Shown here in pieces: positions 12,478 to 20,820 of a stretch of 64,000 nucleotides of DNA (position 1 is its first letter; each line of letters starts with the position of its first letter). Position numbers and translations under genes: made by a program. Where the stretch lies: contig SCUM01000001.1 in NCBI GenBank assembly GCA_004297215.1, forward strand, positions 612,275 to 676,274, written 5' to 3'. The stretch is from Patescibacteria group bacterium (GTDB lineage: Bacteria > Patescibacteriota > Patescibacteriia > UBA9934 > GWF2-40-263). Below the pieces are notes generated by a model. The model was not told the DNA's origin. It saw only the letters and a program-made list of their open reading frames with translations, and did not search any database.

Positions 12478-12624
12478 GCAGCTGGTAGAGGGAAAGAAAA
12501 ACCCTGTCAAGGAGGGCTGTCCCGAGGGTTTCCACAGCATGGATGCGGGTTGAAATAAAGCCAGATTAAAGGAAAAACCCGCTAGAACCGTTGGTCCATC
12601 GCGGGTCGCGTCTTGGCAGCCATT

Positions 12625-12876
12625 TCAGGTGATCTTTCCCAGAGCCCAGTCGAGGTACAAGCCTTCGAGCCGAAGCTTCATGCCGACGATGCGTTTCACG
12701 ACCACCTCATCGACCTTGCCGGTCTCCTGGGCGTACCGCTCGGCGAGCAAGGTCTCCGTCTCGATCTCTTTCTTTAAGGAGATAATCGCGACGGGACGAT
12801 AGGGGTTCTCGGCGTGCTCTTGCGCGTGCCTGAACACTTGAAGCGACTCCTCTCGGGTCAAAGTGCGATGTGCCAT
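12625..12876 (-). CDS. Hypothetical protein (83 aa)
   Basis: AAGGAGG RBS upstream, helical composition, downstream hairpin terminator. Confidence 0.65.
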   Translation of the reverse strand: MAHRTLTREESLQVFRHAQEHAENPYRPVAIISLKKEIETETLLAERYAQETGKVDEVVVKRIVGMKLRLEGLYLDWALGKIT

Positions 12877-13008
12877 GGCTTCCTCCTTGTCGGTGCCGAA
12901 CCTTCTCTATCATCCTAAATGGACACGGTCAATCGAAAACCCACCGAACGCGCGGTGGGTTTTCTTGTCCCGGGCTCGAGCCGAAACGGCTCGCCAACCG
13001 AAGTCGGC

Positions 13009-13086
13009 TGGTGGAATCGACGGGATTCGAACCCGTATCTCTTGGTGGCAACCCTAGCGAGGTTAACCAGTTACCTCCACGATCCC
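13009..13086 (-). tRNA. Non-canonical tRNA-Ala-like RNA (anticodon probably TGC)
   Basis: Acceptor GGGATCG/CGATTCC+A+CCA with G3-U70, T arm ACGGG-TTCGAAT-CCCGT, 5-bp D stem, mismatched anticodon stem CTAGG/CCAAG, loop GTTGCCA. Confidence 0.75.
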
Positions 13087-13241
13087 GAATCCGAGCCCGG
13101 GATACACAAACAAAACGACCCCCATTTTAAGGAGGGTCGTTTCATTGCCACCAAGAGGATACCGTAGAGGTACTCACCAGGGTTAATGGTATTCAATCAC
13201 GAAATATCATTTCCGTCAACCCATCTCCTGTGGAAAACCGC

Positions 13242-13844
13242 TTATGGATTCGCCAGCTCGTCGTGCAAACTGTGGCCGGGGGCGAATTCGAAGGGGCGGG
13301 ACTTGAGGTCCTCGATCACTTCGACGAGGATCGGATACTCCGCGTCCATGAAGTGGCCACAGCCGTCGGTCTCGACCAGCTTCGCACGGAAGGATTCGGC
13401 CAGGCGCTTGGCGTGGTCGATGGGGACCATCGTGTCGTCCTTGGAGTGGACGACGACGTATTCGCGGGCCTTCCACATGAGCACGTCGGCGTCGAGGTCC
13501 ACGATGAACAGGCGGCGCAGCGCCTGGTTCGACACCTTCCATGGGGCGGCCACCATCACGACCGCGCGCGGGGTCTCGGTCATTTCCACGGCCTCCAGGT
13601 ACTGCAGGATGATGAACGCCCCCAGGCTGTGTCCCACGAACACGTCGTCGCCGGTGACCGGGCCCACTTGGGAACGCAGCGACTCCACGATCTCCGGGAG
13701 CTTCAATTCGCCGTCTTCGCCGAGCTTCAGCCCAAGCCGCGGCGTGACCACGTCGAACCCGCGGTCGCGAAGCGCGCCGGCAAGCGAGGGGATGAACTGC
13801 CCGTCGGGAGTGGAATTGAAGCCGTGGACGAGGATGGCTCTCAT
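13242..13844 (-). CDS. Alpha/beta hydrolase, RBBP9/YdeN family
   Basis: ILVHGF, VGHSLG nucleophile, HSKDD, GHF triad motifs. Confidence 0.9.
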   Translation of the reverse strand: MRAILVHGFNSTPDGQFIPSLAGALRDRGFDVVTPRLGLKLGEDGELKLPEIVESLRSQVGPVTGDDVFVGHSLGAFIILQYLEAVEMTETPRAVVMVAAPWKVSNQALRRLFIVDLDADVLMWKAREYVVVHSKDDTMVPIDHAKRLAESFRAKLVETDGCGHFMDAEYPILVEVIEDLKSRPFEFAPGHSLHDELANP

Positions 13845-13855
13845 AGGTCGGTCGG

Positions 13856-13942
13856 TGGTGCCGGAAGTGGGACTCGAACCCACATGGGATTGCTCCCGCC
13901 AGCTCCTAAGGCTGGTGCGTATGCCAATTCCGCCACTCCGGC
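13856..13942 (-). tRNA. tRNA-Leu(TAG)
   Basis: CCAGC-CTTAGGA-GCTGG anticodon arm, long variable arm, CCA. Confidence 0.96.
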
Positions 13943-14130
13943 ATGCGTCGCAGTGTAATGAAAGAAGCGGTTTGCGGCAATTATCCACATCCGGACGATT
14001 GACGGAAAAGCTTTTTCGTGGTGGAATGAACCTACAAGAGAACACGACCCTCCCTTCCTGGGCGGGTCGTGTTTTTTCTTGCCGCGCGAGTCCCTGGGAC
14101 GCCAGGGCGCTCATTCACAAACCGACGCCT

Positions 14131-16434
14131 ATGAAATACCTGATCATCATCGGGTTGCTGGTGGCGCTGCCGCGTGCGCCCGTGCGTGCCGAAGGGACAC
14201 CGGTCGTCGTCCTTTCCGAAGTGGGATGGGCCGGATCGTCGCTCTCCACTGCGGACGAGTACATGGAACTCGCGAACCTCACGGATGCGCCCATCGACCT
14301 GTCCGGGTACCGGCTGATCGGCGGCGGGGACATCCTTCTCCCATCCGGAGCGACGCTTCCCGCGCGCGGCACGTTCGTCATCGCGAACTTCGCCGTGGAG
14401 GACGTCCGCAGCGCGCTTTCGAGGACGCCGGACTTCGTATCGACCGCCGTCGCCCTCTCGAATTCCGCGCTCGACCTCACGCTTGTCGCGCCGGACGGCA
14501 CGGTCGTCGACCGTGCCGGGGACGCAGGCGCGCCCGCGGCCGGAAAAGCATCGAGCAGCGGCTCCGGCGCCCGCAGCATGGTCCGCGCCCTGCCGTTTGC
14601 GGACGGTTCGCTCGCCTCGTCATGGCGCACGATCGAGACGGCCGACGGGATGGACGAGGGATTGCCGGACCTCGGGACGCCTGGCGTGAACGACCTTGCC
14701 GAAGCGGCGGTCGAGACGCCAATGCCAGCCGTGACTGACCCGGTCGCAGCTGAAGTCGAACCGTTATCCGCTTCAGACGAGTCATCCCAAGACGTCGTCG
14801 AGACGCCAGAAACGGTGACGGAGCCGGTCGTCGCGCCGCCATCGGACGAACCAATCGTGACGGAGCCGGTCGTAGAACCCGCCCAAGAGAACGTTGTCGT
14901 CCTGAGCGATGGCGAAGGACCTTCTGTCGGGCAGCCTCCAATTGAAGATCCCTCATCGGCCGTCCAGACACAGGATGACACGACGACGGTCATCGCCTCC
15001 GAACCGATCGAGGTCGTCGCCACGCCAGTGGCGCTCATGCCGACGGTCTTCCCTCCCCACACGCTCCAAATCTCCGAGCTCTATCCCGTTCCCGCATCCG
15101 GGGAGGACGAGTTCGTCGAGATCCTGAATCCTTATAACAACCTGATTCCCCTTGCGGGCTGGACGCTGCGGGACGCGTCGGGCGCCAAGACCCCGCTCCC
15201 CGACCAGTTGCTCGGGCTCGGTCAGACGGTCGTCCTGAAAAATCCGAAAGGACGGCTCAACAACGACGGGGACGCGCTCGACCTGGTCGCCCCCGACGGC
15301 TCCGTGAACGACGCGGTCGCCTACGGCAAGGACGGGCAGAAGGCCGGACGCTCGTTCGTCCGCGTCGAGGACCATCTGGAACTCACGGTCCATCCGACGC
15401 CGGGGGAGGCGAACGTGCTCGAACCCGTCGTGACGCAGCCGTCAGTCTTCGACTCCGAGGTCGCTCAGACTCGAGGAGCCGTCATCACGCCGCCGCCAGC
15501 GGTTGCGCAGCCGGCCCCCGCTACCCCCTACCAACTACCCCCTACCCCCTCCCTCTATGTCCTCCCTCCCGTATCGGATCACCCAAGCGACGCGGGGATT
15601 CGGACGACGGCGCTCGTTCCTGCGCGCGCTCAACCAGTTGTCATTCCGAAGGCGGTCGCTTCTGCAAGATCCGCAGGCACGACCGCCAAGTCTGCTCCCA
15701 AGAAACCATCCGCCGCTCCTTCCCGCGTGACCGTCGCTCACGTGGCGGGGATGGCCGTGAACAAACGCGTGGTCGTGACGGCGACGGTGACCGCCGCGCC
15801 TGGCGCGATCGGCAAGCAGCTCATGGCCGTCCAAGACGAGACCGGAGGCATCACCGTGTTCAAGAACGACGGGGCGTTCCCGCAGCTCTCCCTGGGCGAC
15901 CAGGTGGAAATCGCGGGCGTCGTGAGCTCCTCCCGCGGCATGAAGCGCATCCGGCTCGACGCGAAATCCGCGGTCCGGATCCTCGACCATGAGGACGCGC
16001 CCGAGGCCGCGGAAACGTCGGATCCTTCAGGGGAAGACGTCGGCGCGCTCATCAAGATGACCGGCCTGCTCGTGAAGACGTCGGCGGGGACGGCGGTCGA
16101 GACGGACGCGGGGGCGACCCCCGTGCGCCTTCCCGCCGAGAGCTCGATACGGCCCGGGACGCGCATTGAGGCCACCGGCGTGCTCACCTCGTCCGACGGG
16201 AAGTTCAGCCTCCTTCCGCGATCCGCCGCGGACGTGGTCGCCCTTGAGGCGCCAGCCGCCCAGGAACACGCGGCGCCGACGAAAGGGGCGGGGCGGGGCG
16301 CCTCCGGCATCGCGCTCACCACGCTCGTCCTCGCCGCGGTCACGACGTTCGTCCTGCGCCCACATGTCCAACGCCTTATCACCCATTATGAAAAACGCCC
16401 CGCTCTCCCTCTTCCTGCTCAAGCGCCGGATTGA
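14131..16434 (+). CDS. Secreted/membrane-anchored protein with two lamin-tail domains and OB-fold-like region
   Basis: Signal peptide, LSEVGW..DEYMELAN..DLSGY and ISELYP..DEFVEILN..LAGWTL, LNNDGD, VQDETGGI, C-terminal TM; upstream part of track ORF overlaps tRNA and is not coding. Confidence 0.85.
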   Translation: MKYLIIIGLLVALPRAPVRAEGTPVVVLSEVGWAGSSLSTADEYMELANLTDAPIDLSGYRLIGGGDILLPSGATLPARGTFVIANFAVEDVRSALSRTPDFVSTAVALSNSALDLTLVAPDGTVVDRAGDAGAPAAGKASSSGSGARSMVRALPFADGSLASSWRTIETADGMDEGLPDLGTPGVNDLAEAAVETPMPAVTDPVAAEVEPLSASDESSQDVVETPETVTEPVVAPPSDEPIVTEPVVEPAQENVVVLSDGEGPSVGQPPIEDPSSAVQTQDDTTTVIASEPIEVVATPVALMPTVFPPHTLQISELYPVPASGEDEFVEILNPYNNLIPLAGWTLRDASGAKTPLPDQLLGLGQTVVLKNPKGRLNNDGDALDLVAPDGSVNDAVAYGKDGQKAGRSFVRVEDHLELTVHPTPGEANVLEPVVTQPSVFDSEVAQTRGAVITPPPAVAQPAPATPYQLPPTPSLYVLPPVSDHPSDAGIRTTALVPARAQPVVIPKAVASARSAGTTAKSAPKKPSAAPSRVTVAHVAGMAVNKRVVVTATVTAAPGAIGKQLMAVQDETGGITVFKNDGAFPQLSLGDQVEIAGVVSSSRGMKRIRLDAKSAVRILDHEDAPEAAETSDPSGEDVGALIKMTGLLVKTSAGTAVETDAGATPVRLPAESSIRPGTRIEATGVLTSSDGKFSLLPRSAADVVALEAPAAQEHAAPTKGAGRGASGIALTTLVLAAVTTFVLRPHVQRLITHYEKRPALPLPAQAPD

Positions 16435-16555
16435 GAACAAGGCCTATGCGTACGGCGTCTCCTCCGTGGTCGCCACCCTGCTCGGCGAATACGTGGTGGA
16501 ACTGCTGCGCGCGAGCGCCTCCCACGGCGACCTCTCCGAAGCCGTCGCCCTCTAA
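16388..16555 (+). CDS. Hypothetical protein (55 aa)
   Basis: MKNAPLSLFLLKRRIENKAY...; GC3-rich codons; overlaps previous stop. Confidence 0.5.
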   Translation: MKNAPLSLFLLKRRIENKAYAYGVSSVVATLLGEYVVELLRASASHGDLSEAVAL

Positions 16556-16582
16556 ACCCTTCATCATTCACCTTCCACTCAT

Positions 16583-16795
16583 ATGGCTATCAACGACAAG
16601 GCTTCCTGGTTCATGTCGCTCATCGGTTCCATCCAAGGGATGGCGGAAGAGCTCGGTCTCGACGACGTGTCCAGCCAGAAACTGCGCGAATTCGTGCTCG
16701 GCATCGCCAAGGAAGAATTCAAGGCCGGCAACCGCTCGGGCATCTCCTGGGCGCGCAAGAACCCGCCCAAGCAAGCCGTTGCTGCCGCCGCGTAG
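16583..16795 (+). CDS. Hypothetical protein (70 aa)
   Basis: Clean ORF with strong codon bias. Confidence 0.7.
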   Translation: MAINDKASWFMSLIGSIQGMAEELGLDDVSSQKLREFVLGIAKEEFKAGNRSGISWARKNPPKQAVAAAA

Positions 16796-16814
16796 GTTGG
16801 TATACTCAGAGCGT

Positions 16815-17198
16815 ATGGAAGACGTTGAATTGCGGGAGGCCTTCGCCGGCATCCACAGACAGTTCGAGAAGATCGACCAGCGGTTCGACCGAATCGACCA
16901 GCGGTTTGAGATCATCGACCAACGATTTGAGATCATCGACCAACGATTTGATGCGATGGACCAGCGGTTCGATGGGCTTGAGACGAAATTCGGCGGACTT
17001 GAGACGAGGTTCGGCGGACTTGAGCAGCGCTTCGATGGGCTTGAGACGAAAATGTCAACGCAGTTCCGCATCGTCAACGAAAAGATTGATGACCTTGCCG
17101 CTGCAACGAAGGCCGGTTTCGAGGAAGCCGGCCGACGCATGGACGACATGGACGTCCGTATCCGCCTCCTATCCCTCGAACGGCGCGTCGCTTCCTGA
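16815..17198 (+). CDS. Heptad-repeat coiled-coil protein
   Basis: Tandem 21-nt repeats encoding IDQRFxx / LETxFGG. Confidence 0.75.
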   Translation: MEDVELREAFAGIHRQFEKIDQRFDRIDQRFEIIDQRFEIIDQRFDAMDQRFDGLETKFGGLETRFGGLEQRFDGLETKMSTQFRIVNEKIDDLAAATKAGFEEAGRRMDDMDVRIRLLSLERRVAS

Positions 17199-17285
17199 CC
17201 CGACAAGAAAACCGCCCCGGCGCCGGGGCGGTTTTCCGTCCGATCCCGTGTCAAACAAAAAGGCTCGTCTGGCGACGAGTCTTTT

Positions 17286-17360
17286 TGGAGCGGGAAACGG
17301 GGATCGAACCCGCGGCCTTCTCGTTGGCAACGAGACGCTCTACCACTGAGCTATTCCCGC
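17286..17360 (-). tRNA. tRNA-Gly(GCC)
   Basis: TCTCG-TTGCCAA-CGAGA anticodon arm, U73, CCA. Confidence 0.97.
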
Positions 17361-17437
17361 AAAAGCCTCTTCTTCTTTTGTGGTCGGGACTGTAACACCG
17401 TGTCTCGCGTCTGACAAGAGGTTATACTGTCTGCACT

Positions 17438-19174
17438 ATGCCCCGACGAAGCGCCACCAACAAGCAGATTGCCGACATCCTGCGAGAGATCGGGCTCATC
17501 GACGAGGCTGAGGGAGTGCCGTTCAAGCCGCAGGCGTACGAGGTGGCGGCGGATCAGGTGGCGGCGTTAGGCGAAGATCTGTCCGACCTGTACAAGGCGT
17601 GCGGAGCGACCTGCATCGACGCGATCCCGGGCATCGGCAAGAGCATCGCGGAAAAGATCGAGGAACTGGTGACCACCGGGCGGCTGAAATCGTACGAGGC
17701 GCTCAAGAAGAAGTACCCGTTCGACATGCTGGCGCTCACCGGCATCCAGAACGTGGGGCCCAAGACCGCGCTCGCGCTCTACCGCGCGCTCAAGGTGAAG
17801 ACCGTGCGCGACCTCGAGCGCGTCGCGCGCGCGGGGAAGGTCCGAAGGGTGCCGGGGTTCGGCCGCAAGTCCGAGGACGGCATCCTGAAAGGCATCGGGT
17901 TCCTGCGCGAGCACGAAGGACGGTTCCGTTTGCACGACCTGCTCCCGTTCGCGGAAGGGATCGTCGCGAAGCTGCGCGCGGTGCCGGGGGTGACGCACTG
18001 CGAAGCCGCCGGGTCGCTGCGGCGCATGAAGGAGACGGTGGGCGACGTGGACCTCGTGATGACGGCCACGGACCCGAAGCGCGCGCTCGACGCGTTCGTT
18101 TCCCTTCCGGAAGTCTCGCAGGCGCTCGAACGCGGGGAAAACCGCGCCGCGGTGCGCTACCGTTACGGCGTGAACGGCGACCTGCTGGTGCTCAAGCCCG
18201 AGGAGTGGGCGACGGCGCTCCTGCACTTCACGGGCTCGCGCGACCACAACGTCGTCCTGCGCGAGCGCGCGATCAAGCGCGGGATGAAACTGTCGGAATA
18301 CGGCTTGTTCAAGGGGAAGAAGCGCGTCGTGACCAAGACGGAGCAGGACGTCTACGAGGCGCTTGGCATGGACTGGATGCCTCCGGAAATCCGCGAAAAC
18401 CGCGGGGAAATCGAGGCGGCGCTTGCGCACAAGGTTCCCGCGCTCGTCGGCTACGGCGATCTCAAGGGCGACCTGCAGGTGCAGACCGGATGGTCCGACG
18501 GCGACGCGTCCATCGAGGCGATGGCGGGAGAGGCGAAGAGGCGCGGGCTCTCGTACCTGGCGGTGACCGACCACACGCAGGCGCTCGCGATGGCGAACGG
18601 TCTCGACGAGAAGCGGCTCCTGAAGCAAGGGAAGGAGATCGACGCGCTCAACAAGAAGCTGCGGGAATTCCGCGTCCTCAAATCCTCCGAATGCGACGTC
18701 CGCAGGGACGGTTCGCTCGACCTCGACGACGCCGCGCTCAAGACGCTCGACCTCGTGTGCGTGTCGGTGCACTCATCCTTCACCTTATCCGAGAAGGAGC
18801 AGACCGAGCGCATCATCCGCGCGTTCAAGCACCCGCTTACGAACGTGTTCTTCCACCCCACCGGCCGCATCGTGAACGCGCGCGAGGCGTACGCCGTGGA
18901 TTTCCCGCGACTTCTCCGTGCCGCCAGGGAATATGGCGTGGCGCTCGAAGTGAACGGTTCCGAACGCCTCGACCTGAAGGACGCCCACGTGCGCGAAGCC
19001 GTGGAGGCCGGCGTGAAGCTGGTCATCGACTCCGACGCGCACAAGGCCGAGCATTTCGACAACCTCCGCTACGGCATCTCCCAGGCCCGCCGCGGCTGGG
19101 CCACGCGAGCCGACGTGCTCAACACGAAGCCTGTGGGGGCGTTCCTGAAGGCTTTGAAGGGGTTGAAGAAGTAG
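17438..19174 (+). CDS. polX: DNA polymerase X with PHP domain
   Basis: HhH motifs, AGSLRRMKETVGDVD, HFTGS..HN, PPEIREN, TDHT, HPTGR, DSDAH. Confidence 0.95.
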   Translation: MPRRSATNKQIADILREIGLIDEAEGVPFKPQAYEVAADQVAALGEDLSDLYKACGATCIDAIPGIGKSIAEKIEELVTTGRLKSYEALKKKYPFDMLALTGIQNVGPKTALALYRALKVKTVRDLERVARAGKVRRVPGFGRKSEDGILKGIGFLREHEGRFRLHDLLPFAEGIVAKLRAVPGVTHCEAAGSLRRMKETVGDVDLVMTATDPKRALDAFVSLPEVSQALERGENRAAVRYRYGVNGDLLVLKPEEWATALLHFTGSRDHNVVLRERAIKRGMKLSEYGLFKGKKRVVTKTEQDVYEALGMDWMPPEIRENRGEIEAALAHKVPALVGYGDLKGDLQVQTGWSDGDASIEAMAGEAKRRGLSYLAVTDHTQALAMANGLDEKRLLKQGKEIDALNKKLREFRVLKSSECDVRRDGSLDLDDAALKTLDLVCVSVHSSFTLSEKEQTERIIRAFKHPLTNVFFHPTGRIVNAREAYAVDFPRLLRAAREYGVALEVNGSERLDLKDAHVREAVEAGVKLVIDSDAHKAEHFDNLRYGISQARRGWATRADVLNTKPVGAFLKALKGLKK

Positions 19175-19190
19175 GCTAGGCTGCGAGAAC

Positions 19191-19277
19191 GGGCAGGTGC
19201 CGAAATTGGTATCCGGAGGGGACTTAAAATCCCCGGGCCGAAAGGCCGTGTGGGTTCGAGTCCCACCCTGCCCACCA
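19191..19277 (+). tRNA. tRNA-Leu(TAA)
   Basis: GGGGA-CTTAAAA-TCCCC anticodon arm, long variable arm, CCA. Confidence 0.95.
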
Positions 19278-19430
19278 TCCCCCGTCGCTCAACGGCGGTT
19301 GGGCTATGGGGGATTGTTTGAGAATGAAAAATGGCCACGACGCGTCGTCGGGGCCATCCTGAGGAGCTTCAGCGACGAAGGAACTCGTCGAGGTCGCTCG
19401 TTTGCCGTGCGAATGCGTGCGGTCGCGTGT

Positions 19431-19883
19431 TCACCCGAGGACGGTGGCCGTCTTCTCGACGCAGCGGATGGAACGGCCTTGCCCCCTTCGGAGCTCGCGC
19501 TCGGTGATGCACGTCTGCAGTACCTCCTTGCCGAAGAGGGTCGGAAGGTACCCGGCGTACTCGAGGTGCGTCACCACGAGGAGGACGTCGACCCCTTCGG
19601 ACTTCTCCCGGATGAGCGCGAGCGCGGCGGCGTAGTCCTCTCGATGCCTGTTGTCCGACCAAAGCAGGTCGTGCCGCTCGAACGACGCGAGCGCGAGCGC
19701 CTGGGCCAGCACCTCAGCGCTGTCGACGGCGCGAAGGGCCGTGGAGCTCAACAGGCGGACCGCGCGCCCGGCCAGGTCTGGCCTCACCAGCTCGGCGAGA
19801 TGGCGCATCTGGTCGCGACCAAGATCGTTGAGACGATCGTCCGCGCCGTAGTTCCCGTGACGGACGATGACAAGCAGATCCAT
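19431..19883 (-). CDS. Histidine phosphatase superfamily (SixA-like)
   Basis: IVRHG, SSTALRA, LLVVTH. Confidence 0.85.
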   Translation of the reverse strand: MDLLVIVRHGNYGADDRLNDLGRDQMRHLAELVRPDLAGRAVRLLSSTALRAVDSAEVLAQALALASFERHDLLWSDNRHREDYAAALALIREKSEGVDVLLVVTHLEYAGYLPTLFGKEVLQTCITERELRRGQGRSIRCVEKTATVLG

Positions 19884-20103
19884 GAAAGTACTCCGTTCCG
19901 CGACTTGCCCAGTCGCCGGGGTCAGGACGACGCGTCAACATAATAGGAAACGATGCTCCTGTCAACCTACTGAACCATGACTGTTTGAAATCCAGAAGTT
20001 CAAGAACACGGACCTTTGGCGCATCCCAAAAAGATCGTCCCGTCAGGCTGCGGAACGAAGGAACATATCGGTGAGATTAAAAAACCTCGACTCGTCGTCG
20101 AGG

Positions 20104-20718
20104 TCAGTGCGTCGGCTTCTCGCCGATGAAGCCGTCAATCCTGCCGCCACTATGATAACGCGCGGAGGCGAGGTCGTAGCGCGCCGTATGCATGAACACC
20201 TTCACGCGCAGCTCGTTCAGGAACGCCTCATCGACCTTTCTTTCCTCGATGGCGGCGATGACCCTCGGGTAATCCGCCGGATCGCACACCACGAGGCGCT
20301 TCCCTTTGGCGGCCGAGCGCAGCATGGCGGGGCCGCCGATGTCGGTCTGCTCGAGGACGTCGTCCGCCGTGGCGCCTGGCTTCGCGATCTCCGTCTCGAG
20401 CGGGTAGAGGTTCACGCACACGAGATCGATGTCCTTGATGCCCCGCTCGGCGATCTCCTCCGTGTGCTTTGGGCTGTCGCGACGCGCAAGCAGGCCGCCG
20501 TGCACCAGAGGATGGAGCGTCTTCAGGCGACCATCAAGCATCTCCGGGAAGCCGGTGTAGTCGCTCACCTCGATCACCTCGAGCCCTTCGATGCTCTTGA
20601 GGGCCTTCGCCGTCCCTCCGGTGCTCAAGAAGACATAGCCGAGCCTGGCCAGGCGTCGGGCCAGCGGCTCAAGGCCGGTCTTATCCGAGACGGAAACCAA
20701 GGCATACTTCTTTTGCAT
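20104..20718 (-). CDS. Stand-alone IMP cyclohydrolase (PurH N-terminal/MGS-like domain)
   Basis: ALVSVSDKTG, STGGTA, TGFPEMLDGRLKTLHP, VNLYP, DIGGPAMLRSAAK, HTARYD; stops before the transformylase domain. Confidence 0.88.
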   Translation of the reverse strand: MQKKYALVSVSDKTGLEPLARRLARLGYVFLSTGGTAKALKSIEGLEVIEVSDYTGFPEMLDGRLKTLHPLVHGGLLARRDSPKHTEEIAERGIKDIDLVCVNLYPLETEIAKPGATADDVLEQTDIGGPAMLRSAAKGKRLVVCDPADYPRVIAAIEERKVDEAFLNELRVKVFMHTARYDLASARYHSGGRIDGFIGEKPTH

Positions 20719-20820
20719 GGATCTTTCTCCAGGTGAAGGTGCGTCGTCGTCCAATCTGGAACTTCCAGACGACCGCCGCAGCTTACCGGAAACCCGGAAT
20801 CCGGCAATGCGGGAGCTTGA

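Noticed and set aside
13009-13086. tmRNA or two-piece tmRNA interpretation of the Ala-like acceptor
   Set aside because: Both acceptor strands lie within 78 nt with D and anticodon arms; no tag ORF or pseudoknot region seen
13186-14130. N-terminal 315 aa of the 1082-aa track ORF
   Set aside because: Antisense to the hydrolase and tRNA-Leu; the real start with signal peptide is 14131
16860-17050. CRISPR-like periodic repeats
   Set aside because: Contiguous 21-nt coding repeats with no spacers; no cas genes in the window
17567-19179. Long alternative-frame and antisense ORFs over polX (similar ones throughout)
   Set aside because: Typical high-GC shadow ORFs, Arg/Ala/Gly-rich with no motifs
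20720-20820. ZMP/ZTP riboswitch upstream of the PurH-like gene
   Set aside because: Hairpins are present but the conserved riboswitch motifs were not found
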